A stretch of 64,000 bases of DNA, from positions 416,001 to 480,000 of the forward strand of contig OZ242365.1 in assembly GCA_965208905.1 (NCBI GenBank), read 5' to 3'. Made by a program: the position numbers and the translations under genes. The number at the start of each line of letters is the position of its first letter. Position 1 is the stretch's first letter. The DNA comes from Nitrosopumilaceae archaeon. Lineage in GTDB: Archaea; Thermoproteota; Nitrososphaeria; Nitrososphaerales; Nitrosopumilaceae. Below are positions 40,241 to 50,604 of the stretch, one piece after another. A model generated the notes under the pieces. It did not search any database, was not told the origin of the DNA, and saw only the letters and a program-made list of their open reading frames with translations.

Positions 40241-41428
40241 GACATCCGCGTGGAACACTCTGGTACAGTTAGTGCAAATGAACTTATCGCGTGATATACG
40301 CGACTCTGAGTCTACGTGACCACACACATGGCACGTCTGGCTCGTATATTTGGCCGATGCCCCCAACAGCGGTATGTTGTGCATCTCACACCACTGCGCA
40401 AGCTTGCGCAGGAACTCCCCAACACGGTTCTCCCGCATTGAACGGTTCATGGCGCATTTGTAATTCCCGCCATGGGTGGTCATATCCTTTACGGAGAGCG
40501 ATTCGACCACGACTGCGTCCATACCATTAGTTATCTGCGCAATCGTCTGATTTATGGTGTTCGCAGCTATGTTGTTGGCCTTCCTGTATAGCCGCTTTAT
40601 TTGGTCATTCAATATATGCCACTTCCGGCCATGCCGTGTCTTGCGGTCGCGCAAACTCTTTAGCGCGTCAATCTCCCGCAGGATTGCTCTATGGCGTGTG
40701 TTGTGTATTGTAACGTTGCCGTCCGTATCTACCGTGACGGCGAGATGCTTGCCGCCCACATCAACACCACGCATTACACCCGTAGTATGGTGCGGCTCGA
40801 CCGGTTCATGTATGGCAATATGCAGCTCAAACATGTGGTCTGATGGTTTGGTATGCTTGTCCACCCGTTTGGTGACATCAACTATCTTGAATGAGCGCAT
40901 GTCCCATGATACATCGATGGGCTTGGCGGTCTCCACCGTACCATATCCGGGGATATGTATGGTGTGCTCACCTTTTCGTACAGGCGGATTTACACTGTAT
41001 AGTATGATGCGGCCGTCTTTGCGGCGGTATGGCGCATGGCCGGAGTTGTCATCCATGACTCTCCTACATGCGACGGATGCATCTTGTATGGCGCCCCTGC
41101 CAAACACCATAGGCAAGTCAGATACCCATGCATGTTCAGCGCGCCACTCCGTAAGCTGCTTGAACATGCCGTACTTTAATGCCATCTTTGACGGCCCAAA
41201 ATCATATGTATGGTAGTCATCGTCCAGCATACCTGATGTAAAATCCAGCTTGCCCGGCAGTTTGAAGGGCTGCAGGATGTCCACTACCACCCTCTCCATA
41301 TATTCGCCACCAAACAAATACTCTGATACGGCGCGGTTGTACACATATCTTGACGCATGATTCGTGCGGTGCACCCACTCTGCAAACAACACAGCCCTCC
41401 GTAGTGGTACCTTAACTATCCGTACCAT
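40076..41428 (-). CDS. tnpB: TnpB RNA-guided endonuclease, family A
   Basis: RuvC-I GVDVG, RuvC-II VVESL, TSQTCHVC..CTNC Zn finger, RuvC-III HADVNAAWNI; stop codon lies inside the TIR. Confidence 0.93.
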   Translation of the reverse strand: MVRIVKVPLRRAVLFAEWVHRTNHASRYVYNRAVSEYLFGGEYMERVVVDILQPFKLPGKLDFTSGMLDDDYHTYDFGPSKMALKYGMFKQLTEWRAEHAWVSDLPMVFGRGAIQDASVACRRVMDDNSGHAPYRRKDGRIILYSVNPPVRKGEHTIHIPGYGTVETAKPIDVSWDMRSFKIVDVTKRVDKHTKPSDHMFELHIAIHEPVEPHHTTGVMRGVDVGGKHLAVTVDTDGNVTIHNTRHRAILREIDALKSLRDRKTRHGRKWHILNDQIKRLYRKANNIAANTINQTIAQITNGMDAVVVESLSVKDMTTHGGNYKCAMNRSMRENRVGEFLRKLAQWCEMHNIPLLGASAKYTSQTCHVCGHVDSESRISRDKFICTNCTRVFHADVNAAWNILYRAAGNVVLRRPGHKEGYKPTPAMLHCIQKSRQKRHECTAETVYFCI

Positions 41429-41450
41429 AATATATAATACGGTATGCTGG

Positions 41451-41458
41451 TATTTAAA
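41451..41458 (-). promoter_or_regulatory. TATA box of the leaderless tnpB promoter, family A
   Basis: TTTAAATA 22 nt before the ATG; TTAAATA at the equivalent place in the 1-1068 copy. Confidence 0.6.
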
Positions 41459-41845
41459 GGGAGTTGTATGGACGCGATTCGTGGTTCAGGCATTAACTCT
41501 CAGAATCGGGGTTGTGTACTTTTGTATATAATTCCCTTTAAAATCTATAACAAAATTATGTCCACCTTGGTATGTGGCTCATAATACAAAAACCATAAAC
41601 CCAAAGTCCAAGATCAGAGCCTGTCTTAACATGGGAGCAACGAAGCTGAACTTTCGATTCCAAATCTTCTGGACCATCTTGATTTGGTATACGACACTTG
41701 CATCTTTTTGGCATACACTTGATGGCGTGTCTCCAAGCATTTGCACTTACTACCAAGTCTGATGAATGTGTTTGCAATAACCACTATGTTGTCAATGAGC
41801 AGCCATACATTTCTTGATCAAATAAAATATGATAAATGGGAAGTT

Positions 41846-43390
41846 TTATTCGCTGACGTATGCTCGTTCGCCGTGTTGTGCAAGATCCAAGCCGATCTCC
41901 TCTTCTTTTGGTGTTACTCTAATACCACCCGGCCAAACAGCGTCCATCACCTTTAGGATGATGATTGTTAGACCGAAGGCGTAACCAATCGATATGGCTG
42001 CACCAACAATACTTATTGCTTGTGTCTCCATACCCTCAGGAGTGCCTGTCCATGCACCGATTCCGTCACCAGTATCCCAGATGTGCGGACTAGCCAGCGT
42101 ACCGGTCAATATAGCACCGGTCAAACCTCCTATTCCATGCACACCCCAGACATCTAATGCGTCATCCCACTTGCGGGCGTTCTTGAACGCAACTGCAGCA
42201 TAACATACAGTACCAGCTGCGATACCCATTATAATGGCCGCCATTGGTCCCACCCAGCCAGAAGCTGGTGTGATAGTGACTAATCCTGCCACTGCACCGG
42301 TAGCTGCACCGACAATACTCGGTTTACCGGTATGGGCCCAAGACATGAGCACCCATGACACAACGGCCATACCTGTTGCGATGTTGGTAACTACCCAAGC
42401 GCTTACAGTTACACCGTCTACCATTACTTGACTTCCAGCGTTAAAGCCGAACCAGCCAAACCATAGTATGGATGCACCAAGTACAACCAAGGGTATGTTG
42501 TGCGGCTCCATGGGAACTTTACCGTATCCAAGTCTGCGGCCCAACAATAGGGCTCCAGCCAAGGCCGAGAATCCTGAGGATATGTGCACAACTGTACCAC
42601 CTGCAAAGTCAAGTGCTCCAGCCGGCGATAAGTCTGGGTTGAAGTCGAGTTGGGCTATAATGCCGCCTCCCCATACCCAGTGGGCAATAGGGTCGTAGAC
42701 GAAGGTTGCCCATAGCAGAACGAATATTATCAGAGCACTGAATTTGATTCTGTCAATTAAGCCACCGATAATGAGTACCGGAGTAATAATTGCAAAGGTA
42801 CCTTGGAATGCCATGAAGAGTGCATGAGGTATTGTTCCAGGCCAAGCCAGACTGCATGTCTCATCTTCGTGTAACATCTGCATCTGATATGCTGCTGACC
42901 ATGTATCAGTACACGGTCCTGGCTCTCCTAAGGGGGCAAAATGCGATACTTGGTTCAGTCCAGCATAATCAAGACTGCCCATAAACGCATTATCACCAGG
43001 TCCAAATGCCAGTGAATAGCCAAACAGAACCCATTGTACAGATATGATTCCCATCACTATCAAGGTCATACCCAATACGTTGGTAACGTTCTTGGATCTA
43101 GCAAGACCGCCGTAGAAGAAAGCTACACCTGGACTCATAAAGAGTACCAAAGAGGATGCAGTCAACATCCAAGCCGTATCTCCTGTATCTATTCTACATG
43201 GCAACATACTACCGTCTTCTTCGAACCAACACTCGTTGTCGTTTCCAGTGTAAATGCCACTAGTTCCTAACACATAACCATCCATTCCATCGCTCACTTG
43301 TTGCGCAAATGCTTGTGACAATGCGCCAGTGGACGTAATGGTCACTGCGGCCACAAGTAATAAGGCATACTTGTGGTTCTTAACTTTCAT
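41846..43390 (-). CDS. amt: ammonium transporter
   Basis: DTAWML, FYGGL, FQGTFA.IT, AHWVWGGG, DFAGGTVVH, WFGWFGFNAGS, DDALDVWGVHG. Confidence 0.96.
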   Translation of the reverse strand: MKVKNHKYALLLVAAVTITSTGALSQAFAQQVSDGMDGYVLGTSGIYTGNDNECWFEEDGSMLPCRIDTGDTAWMLTASSLVLFMSPGVAFFYGGLARSKNVTNVLGMTLIVMGIISVQWVLFGYSLAFGPGDNAFMGSLDYAGLNQVSHFAPLGEPGPCTDTWSAAYQMQMLHEDETCSLAWPGTIPHALFMAFQGTFAIITPVLIIGGLIDRIKFSALIIFVLLWATFVYDPIAHWVWGGGIIAQLDFNPDLSPAGALDFAGGTVVHISSGFSALAGALLLGRRLGYGKVPMEPHNIPLVVLGASILWFGWFGFNAGSQVMVDGVTVSAWVVTNIATGMAVVSWVLMSWAHTGKPSIVGAATGAVAGLVTITPASGWVGPMAAIIMGIAAGTVCYAAVAFKNARKWDDALDVWGVHGIGGLTGAILTGTLASPHIWDTGDGIGAWTGTPEGMETQAISIVGAAISIGYAFGLTIIILKVMDAVWPGGIRVTPKEEEIGLDLAQHGERAYVSE

Positions 43391-43518
43391 TAATCATTTC
43401 GACTTCTCAACTTATTTAAGTATAAAGTAAAATAATTGATATAAAAAAAAACTTAATATATATTATAATTAAAATATATTATAATGAAATATAGTTTTCA
43501 ATATATGGTGATGTAGAT

Positions 43519-44196
43519 ATGAACAAATTTGGTCTAGCAATATTCGAACGGTTAAAGACGCAAAGAGACAAGATGACAGTTAGGGCGTGGCGGCAGAGAT
43601 ATGTCATACGTATACTAGCGGAGAGTTCCGACCCTGCCAACAGAACACGCATTGGCCTAGCCAAGAATATAGCACAAGCCGACAATCTCCGATGGCAGAC
43701 CGTCTATCCTGGGATATTCAACGATATAGATAACATAATGAAACCATTAGAGTTGATTAAGGAGAGTGGTCGTCTACCCACAAAGCGGGGTCCCCGAATA
43801 GTTCAAGAACAGGGTAGTCCGTACTATGAACTCACAAAGAAGGGCGCAATAGTGGCACTGTCTGTCCGGGAGGTTACCGGACGCGAGTCACTGATGAGGC
43901 AGATACTCTCCGATGGTGATGTGGCAAACGAGAACGTATTAAAGATACTCTCAGAGCAGAGTCCTCTACTCCTGAGCTATATGATGGAGCGGTATGTAGA
44001 GGCGTGGTGTGAGCAGAAGATAGATCTCTTACCCCTTGATCTCAAGAAACTATCTCGCTTAAAAGATGAACCACTTTTAATCTGTTATAACCTACTAGAG
44101 GGTTTTGTAACTTTAGAGTACAGACCACGCAAAGAGATGTTACAATTTTTCTCTAATGTTGTTGATAGAGAGGGAACCTCTCCCAAAGTTGGATGA
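43519..44196 (+). CDS. putative winged-helix DNA-binding protein
   Basis: LI.ESGRLP.KRGP...PYYELT.KG wing-like motif; divergent from amt. Confidence 0.6.
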   Translation: MNKFGLAIFERLKTQRDKMTVRAWRQRYVIRILAESSDPANRTRIGLAKNIAQADNLRWQTVYPGIFNDIDNIMKPLELIKESGRLPTKRGPRIVQEQGSPYYELTKKGAIVALSVREVTGRESLMRQILSDGDVANENVLKILSEQSPLLLSYMMERYVEAWCEQKIDLLPLDLKKLSRLKDEPLLICYNLLEGFVTLEYRPRKEMLQFFSNVVDREGTSPKVG

Positions 44197-44479
44197 TCTA
44201 AATTGCATAATATATACAACTAGCACAGGCACTTTGTACCAGCATAAAATTGGCGGAGATGAAACTGTAATACTGCGTCAAGCTGTATTCGTGGCAAAAC
44301 AGATGATATAACAGTCGACAAAATATAGGATCATTTCAGAATACTTCCTTTCATCCATCACGTATATCAGGGAAAGGAGTTCAACTCTATGATATGTGAA
44401 CTCTGACTTGCACAGATCACTTTTGGTTTGACGAATGGATATCAAACATTAAAATTAACTGAACCGCTCAGCGCAATAC

Positions 44480-45523
44480 ATGGGCAATGTCAAGAACGTT
44501 TACGCATCGGTCAAGTCATACAGTCAAAGAGGTAAATTACTTGGCAAAGAGGACTATCAGACACTGGCCGAATCACGAAATTTAGATGAACTGATAACCC
44601 GCTTAAGAAATACAAAGTATGAGTCAGTCATAACTGATACCCCAAAACCATACACTGCGCATGGTATAGAGTCGGTGATTCGCGGCCATCTAGCATCATT
44701 ACATTATGGTATAGCAAGGACTGCAGGTAAATCTCCCATATTAGATGCATACTATATGAGATTCATAGTTACGAATCTTAAGGCCATATTGAAGGGTAAG
44801 GTTTTGGGTAAGGCGCAGGAGGACATAGAGTCCTATATCAATCTGCGCGCCGAGGAGCTCTTGAAGCAACGCGACATTGTGATAAAAGCACTTGTGGCAA
44901 AGGATTTGGAGGAGGCTGTAGCCAGCTTGAGTTCAACAAAGTTTGGAGAGGATGTATCCCGCGCCGCCGCCGCGTATGCGGAGGTTGGGAATATACAGGT
45001 ATTTGACACATACTTTGACAAGATAGTCTATCAACACTTGGGTCGGGCATTACGGAAATCTCGAGACTGGAACGTGATAAAGATAGTATCTCCAGATATT
45101 GACTCTTATAATCTACTGAGCGTCATTAGAGGAAAGTTTTGGGGATTGGATGAGTCCATAATGGAAGATTTGGTGGTCACACCCACATCATCTGCCCCCA
45201 AAGATTTACTATCTAAAATGATGGTGGCCGGAACTGTACGCGATGCGCTCAACGAAGTGTCCAACTCCAGATATAAGCACCTGATACCACAAGTGGAGAA
45301 CGAGATGGATGCGGTAGCAGAGTTTGAGCGAGCACTGGAGAGAGAGATTTATGCAGCATCCATCAAGTCATTTACCAAGATGTTCAGTTTTGCCACTATA
45401 ATCGGCATAACCAAACTGACCGGTTACGAGATCAGAAATCTGGCAGCGATATCCTTTGCTGTGGAACAGAATATAGATCCCAAAATAGTGATGTCAAAAC
45501 TTATACTGTCTACCAAAGAATGA
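44480..45523 (+). CDS. atpC: A-type ATP synthase subunit C (AC39)
   Basis: YA......GKLL...Y..L.E, NLK.ILKGK, ID..NL...RGK, EIRNL..I. Confidence 0.88.
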   Translation: MGNVKNVYASVKSYSQRGKLLGKEDYQTLAESRNLDELITRLRNTKYESVITDTPKPYTAHGIESVIRGHLASLHYGIARTAGKSPILDAYYMRFIVTNLKAILKGKVLGKAQEDIESYINLRAEELLKQRDIVIKALVAKDLEEAVASLSSTKFGEDVSRAAAAYAEVGNIQVFDTYFDKIVYQHLGRALRKSRDWNVIKIVSPDIDSYNLLSVIRGKFWGLDESIMEDLVVTPTSSAPKDLLSKMMVAGTVRDALNEVSNSRYKHLIPQVENEMDAVAEFERALEREIYAASIKSFTKMFSFATIIGITKLTGYEIRNLAAISFAVEQNIDPKIVMSKLILSTKE

Positions 45524-45615
45524 TTCTTTCTAGGTATATCTGGACTCCGGGGGTTTTATACTAGTGGGCACACCCAACCACCAATAATATATTATAACAC
45601 AATCTTGCATTATAT

Positions 45616-46314
45616 GTGAACCAGCGCATACTGCCCATATTTCCAGTAAATGTAGTCTTGTTTCCCCGACAAGAACTATCATTGAACATATTTGAACCGC
45701 GCTATAAGCAGATGGTGGAAGACTGCATGTTGGGTGATGGACTCTTTGGTGTCTGTCTTGCTGATGAGGGGAATGTGGCCGGCTGGCAGTCTCCTTGTAG
45801 CGTGGGTACAATCACCAAGATAATTCGATGCAGAGACCCAAATCTGGACGGACTGAATATACATATAGACACGATGGGGCGGAGCAGGTTTCACATACAA
45901 AAGATAATTCCGCCCTCTGTTGCCCTACCTCCAGATTATGATCCAGATACGCTGGAGGGACATCAACGATTCTTTGAGACTTACGACTCTTCAAAGCCTG
46001 GCAAGATGTACATACAAGCCAGCGTCGATATTATACCGGATATAGATCAAAACATATCCGAGTCACAGTGGAAGCATATGGTAAAGTCCTGGAAGAAGAT
46101 GATTCAACACACCTCTGAAAAATGGGTGGACTTTCAATCATTAGATTTACTACTACAACATTATGATATGCTGACTGATATGCCTACATTAGAGTATGTA
46201 TATGCCCTAGCGGCGCTAGGCTCTTCGGGCCCCCAAGACTTACAACCCATACTAGAGGCCAGGACACTTGATGCATTGGTACAACGAGTAGAGGGTCTCT
46301 TGGAGGTCAAGTAG
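45616..46314 (+). CDS. LON peptidase substrate-binding-domain protein
   Basis: LPIFP..VVLFP...L.LNIFEPRY..MV..C, VGT...I, GR.RF.I. Confidence 0.85.
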   Translation: MNQRILPIFPVNVVLFPRQELSLNIFEPRYKQMVEDCMLGDGLFGVCLADEGNVAGWQSPCSVGTITKIIRCRDPNLDGLNIHIDTMGRSRFHIQKIIPPSVALPPDYDPDTLEGHQRFFETYDSSKPGKMYIQASVDIIPDIDQNISESQWKHMVKSWKKMIQHTSEKWVDFQSLDLLLQHYDMLTDMPTLEYVYALAALGSSGPQDLQPILEARTLDALVQRVEGLLEVK

Positions 46315-47643
46315 TTGCACATTATACTCTTGGGACTGCTTGTTGTTGGTGTAGTTCCTCTAGCGTATGGCCACGGACTTGGTTTTGACAGTCTGACAGT
46401 AAATATTGATGGTACCTCGTATGATATGACCGCCGAGATGCCGACAGAACTTGATGATAATTCTGGACGTCTCACTATTACAATCAGTCATACATCTGAA
46501 GATGAAATATCTGATGCTGTACTGTGGCTGGGAATTATACACTCAGATCAATATGTCTTTCAAGATACATTTCAGGCCCACAATGGTGTAGCTACACTGG
46601 ACATCAGCCATACAACAGATGACACTGTTGTGGATGCGCAGCGCCGTGATGGTGTTGTATTGGCTGATGCAGATGGTGTTACAGTTCGTGGCCCACTATT
46701 TGATGTTGGTGGTTTATACACAATACATATCCGCCCAGTATCAATAGACGGACAAAACATAGTTGATGATACAATACATACTTTAGACCTACTAGTCCTT
46801 GATGAGGCAACCCATAACAGTGTAGGGGCAGATGATCAGAGTATACAATTCACCACAAAGTCATACTTTGATCGTATATCCAACTTCCAATATAATGCTG
46901 ATTTGGGAATAGTGACATTTGAGATGCCCTTTGATTGGTCAGCGTCTCGTATATCTCATATTCCGGTAATACATCAGGAGGTTCATTTTCCCAAAGATTT
47001 GGATGAATTTGTAACCCGGGGCTATATAGGAGAGATAAACAATGTCACGCTATTTCGTTCATCGGTTACCGTAGACGACTTTACCACTATTGGAGAGCGA
47101 ACAGTACACTTTGTCTTACTACAGGATCATATTAACATAATAAAATCACAGATGTCAAGGTCGCAGGACACACTTCCTAATACAATGATATTTACACTTG
47201 AAAAGACTCAGGATATTCGTAGCCAGCTAAGCGCCTTCTCTCGTAATGGTGACTTTCAAGTTGACATGACATGGGAGCCTGAAGTTGTACTCCCTGATCA
47301 GAAAACTAAATTCATCTTTACCATACGTGATGCCTACACGGGCGAGACCATTAGAAACTCTGCTTATGATTTTATGATAATACAAGATAATGACACACTA
47401 TACAAACAGTCAGGTGTGGCTCAGATTGGTGGTGACTTTCAAGAGTTCACATTCTCTGAAGAGCAGGGTGGTACCGCCACCATAAAGATAGATAATATTC
47501 GTGGGACTGATCAGAGTGTAGAGTTCTACTTTGTTGTAGCTCCTGAATTTGGTGTCTTCTTCGTATTGATTGTATCGATAATATCTCTGTTGATACTTAC
47601 ACGTGGTGTATTGCCATCTACTCAATTATCTAAAGTGCAATAA
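46315..47643 (+). CDS. secreted PEFG-CTERM protein
   Basis: Signal peptide ending AYGHG; C-terminal VAPEFG plus TM helix. Confidence 0.8.
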   Translation: MHIILLGLLVVGVVPLAYGHGLGFDSLTVNIDGTSYDMTAEMPTELDDNSGRLTITISHTSEDEISDAVLWLGIIHSDQYVFQDTFQAHNGVATLDISHTTDDTVVDAQRRDGVVLADADGVTVRGPLFDVGGLYTIHIRPVSIDGQNIVDDTIHTLDLLVLDEATHNSVGADDQSIQFTTKSYFDRISNFQYNADLGIVTFEMPFDWSASRISHIPVIHQEVHFPKDLDEFVTRGYIGEINNVTLFRSSVTVDDFTTIGERTVHFVLLQDHINIIKSQMSRSQDTLPNTMIFTLEKTQDIRSQLSAFSRNGDFQVDMTWEPEVVLPDQKTKFIFTIRDAYTGETIRNSAYDFMIIQDNDTLYKQSGVAQIGGDFQEFTFSEEQGGTATIKIDNIRGTDQSVEFYFVVAPEFGVFFVLIVSIISLLILTRGVLPSTQLSKVQ

Positions 47644-47999
47644 ATTTAGCAGAGGGCTATACGTAATAGCTGATTTATTGAATATGCCAGCATGGTCGGA
47701 GAATTACACTCCTTAACATCATGCGGCTGTTAGAGAGCCGTAGTGCAGATGCCGAATGGCATCTGTCGGGGGCGCACAAACTGGAACGCCAGAATTCCGT
47801 CGGCGGTGAACCGATGGGCTGTACCGGGGTGGGCGGTGCCGGCCAGAACGGGCCGGGACCACCCAATGCTGCCAAGTTGTGCAATTACGCATAAACTCTC
47901 ATTGAAGTTATGAAAGAACACACACTCAATCTTGCTGATCATCATCCAACTTTAAGTAAGTAACATTTCGAGAGAAGTCATATTAGGTGAGATATATCT

Positions 48000-48386
48000 A
48001 TGTGTACCATGCAATGGAGCATCAAACTACCAAAATATACCAAAGAACTATTTCCAGAGTGGTTTGAGGAGACTTGGATGGGTCATTTGAATGGCGCACA
48101 TAAACAGTATAGGTATGGTAAGATGCACATACTAGAGTACGAAGACCATTTTGATGTACATATTGATGCGGTCGACCCTCGTAGTAATCCTGTGAGACAT
48201 GCAATACAGGATGCACCCGAAGTTATAGTTGGAGCCAGTTGCGGCACCTTGGGTGGATTATACATGGGCAAGAAGATGTACCAGTATACCAACTCAAAAG
48301 TGGGTAGCGCAGTGCTAGGTTTGGCAGTGGGTGGTGCCTGCTTTGTGGCTGGCATGAAAGTTGCTAAATGGCTAGGTGAGAGATAG
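48000..48386 (+). CDS. hypothetical membrane protein
   Basis: G...QYR...HI.EY.D...VH.D..DP...P..H...DAPE, two Gly-rich C-terminal helices. Confidence 0.7.
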   Translation: MCTMQWSIKLPKYTKELFPEWFEETWMGHLNGAHKQYRYGKMHILEYEDHFDVHIDAVDPRSNPVRHAIQDAPEVIVGASCGTLGGLYMGKKMYQYTNSKVGSAVLGLAVGGACFVAGMKVAKWLGER

Positions 48387-49908
48387 ACTGCTCATCATTC
48401 GTACACTGGAAGTTTTATTCAAACTACTACCGGTAATTTTGTATTTAAGACGTGATCGAAAACAATGGTCTCGAGGAAAGAACAATCTAAACACATACAA
48501 AAGTCATGCCCGGCGAGCTCTCTTGGCATTTACGACACTAGGCCCGGTCTATATCAAACTAGGCCAATGGCTCTCTGCCCGGGCTGATATACTCCCACAG
48601 CCATACATGGAAGAGTTGGCAAAGCTGCAGGATGATGTACCCGCCGCCCCTTTTGATCAAGTCAAACCAATAATAGAAGAGAGTGTGGGTGTTATCCAGG
48701 ATACATTTGATGACTTTAATACGACTCCAATATCTGGAGCTTCGCTGGGCCAAGTGTATAGAGCCACATTGGATGGCAAAGAGGTAGCAGTCAAAGTACG
48801 TCGTCCTAAAATAGAACAGATTGTCGCCAAAGATGTTGCCGTACTAAAACGGGTACTGCCCGCCGTACTATCCTTTGTGGATCCAAACCTACGGTTCTCT
48901 GGTAAAGCCATGTTGGCTCAATTTATAGAGTCCATACACGAGGAGATGGACTACACATTAGAGTCCAAAAATCTATTGACCGTTCGAAGTAACATGGCCG
49001 AGAACAAAAAGGTGTTAATACCAACGGTATACCAGAACCACTCCACTGAGACTGTTCTGGTTATGGAGTATCTACCTGGAATCAAGATTACTGATATTGA
49101 GTCTTTGGATGCAGCGGGTATAGACCGTCATCGACTAGTCGCAGATATACATAGGGTCTTTTTTACAATGTTGCTGCGATACTCGGTCTTTCATGCAGAT
49201 CCACACCCTGGTAACATATCTGTTACTTCAGATGGCAGAATCATTCTATACGATTTTGGGATGATTGGCAGGCTAGACCCAAAGACCCGCCTGCGATTGA
49301 TTCGACTGTATCTGGCGCTGGTAGAGAGAGATCCTCCTAGAACCGTTAATGCCATGGATGACTTGGGCATGCTGGCTCCCGGATATAACAGAAGTATAAT
49401 GGAGAAGGCCATCAGAATGACCGTAGATGCCATGCACGGACAAAAGCCTGATGAGATGGAGGTTCGTAGCCTTCTGGAGCTGGCCAACCGTACAATGAGC
49501 AAATTTCCGTTTTTACTACCCAAGAACTTGGCATTATACATGAGAATGGCCTCTATAATAGAGGGCATATACAAGACACATAAGGTGGACTTTAGGTTTG
49601 TTCCGGTCCTTCGGGATATACTGCAACAAGAGAATCTGGCACAGGATGGCTACATGGAAGAAGTAAAGAACATGATACAGCGTATCATAAAATCTCTGGA
49701 TGCTGTCATATCATTGGGTCCAGACATACGACAATTCCTAGACGAGTACCAACCAAGACGGAGTAATGGACGCTTGATTGCTGGGAGTATATTTGCCTCT
49801 GTGGTGTTTTTTGGTTCCACACTAATCTATTTGGGCGGTAACAGTGAAGGCATGCTGGGAATGGCATTATCCATAATTATACTGTGGATCTTTGCAAGAA
49901 AGTCATGA
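48376..49908 (+). CDS. AarF/ABC1/UbiB-family kinase
   Basis: LGP.YIKLGQ, LQD.VP, ASLGQV, VAVKV, FHADPHPGN, DFGM. Confidence 0.93.
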   Translation: MRDRLLIIRTLEVLFKLLPVILYLRRDRKQWSRGKNNLNTYKSHARRALLAFTTLGPVYIKLGQWLSARADILPQPYMEELAKLQDDVPAAPFDQVKPIIEESVGVIQDTFDDFNTTPISGASLGQVYRATLDGKEVAVKVRRPKIEQIVAKDVAVLKRVLPAVLSFVDPNLRFSGKAMLAQFIESIHEEMDYTLESKNLLTVRSNMAENKKVLIPTVYQNHSTETVLVMEYLPGIKITDIESLDAAGIDRHRLVADIHRVFFTMLLRYSVFHADPHPGNISVTSDGRIILYDFGMIGRLDPKTRLRLIRLYLALVERDPPRTVNAMDDLGMLAPGYNRSIMEKAIRMTVDAMHGQKPDEMEVRSLLELANRTMSKFPFLLPKNLALYMRMASIIEGIYKTHKVDFRFVPVLRDILQQENLAQDGYMEEVKNMIQRIIKSLDAVISLGPDIRQFLDEYQPRRSNGRLIAGSIFASVVFFGSTLIYLGGNSEGMLGMALSIIILWIFARKS

Positions 49909-50364
49909 TATTGTGATGTCTTTACCACTCTCAGGTATGGGTATATTCAACACTAATACTCCATCCTGCAGTGTGGTTGGACATTCGGGCTCTTCACCGG
50001 ATTTTATACTGGCAGGAATCTTTATGCGCGTCTCAACGCTATCGGGCCTCTGCCGATATATTGTAGTTGCACCTGCCTCTTTACGAGTCCTCTTGGCACT
50101 CACCTGTAATGTATTACCATCAAGCTTTACCTTGATGTCTTCTTTGTTAAATCCAGGCAGGTCAATACTAACCATTATGGTATTGTTCTCTTTCTGCATA
50201 TCTGTTGCTGGCATTACATACGAGTAGAACTCTTGCGCCTTGCTGCCAACTCCTTGCTCAAACTCTCTTCCCATAAACTTTACAATCTGGGGCAAGAAAC
50301 CACAACCTGTCTTCTTCTCCATATTATCTCCAGCCTCTTTGGCTGCCTCCTGTATGACTCCCAC
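49903..50364 (-). CDS. small heat shock protein (Hsp20)
   Basis: DLPGF.KEDI.V, DGVL.L.IP; start position uncertain. Confidence 0.88.
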   Translation of the reverse strand: MGVIQEAAKEAGDNMEKKTGCGFLPQIVKFMGREFEQGVGSKAQEFYSYVMPATDMQKENNTIMVSIDLPGFNKEDIKVKLDGNTLQVSAKRTRKEAGATTIYRQRPDSVETRIKIPASIKSGEEPECPTTLQDGVLVLNIPIPESGKDITIS

Positions 50365-50604
50365 GTTTAATATAGTATAATTTTTTGGTTATAAACCTGA
50401 CTATAATCGGTTTGGGAATTGTATACATAGTTTACAGAACTCTGTATGCCTGCTTGAGTACACCTTCTACAACCCCATAAGCGATAGGTATGCCAAAATA
50501 CTAGGCTAGTTTGGAGGCTACTCTCTCAGATCTGAACAAGTACAATTTCAACCGGGTTTGATCTGTTCATATTACTATATATACTAGAATAACACCTGTA
50601 TGGC

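Larger units (their letters stand above)
40071..41536 (-). mobile_element. TIR-bounded tnpB element, family A, complete
   Basis: Perfect 24-bp TIR GGGAATTATATACAAAAGTACACA (40071-40094, 41513-41536); perfect 8-bp TSD TTTAAAAT (40063-40070, 41537-41544). Confidence 0.95.

Noticed and set aside
41556-41777. Possible ISH3/IS4-like transposase relic (RRFGIESS in one minus frame) or a P-II gene next to amt
   Set aside because: A single short motif amid stop codons; no P-II signature present
32482-45523. Split, partly divergent ATP synthase operon with amt inside
   Set aside because: As I recall, this matches the usual Nitrosopumilaceae arrangement, so it is not novel
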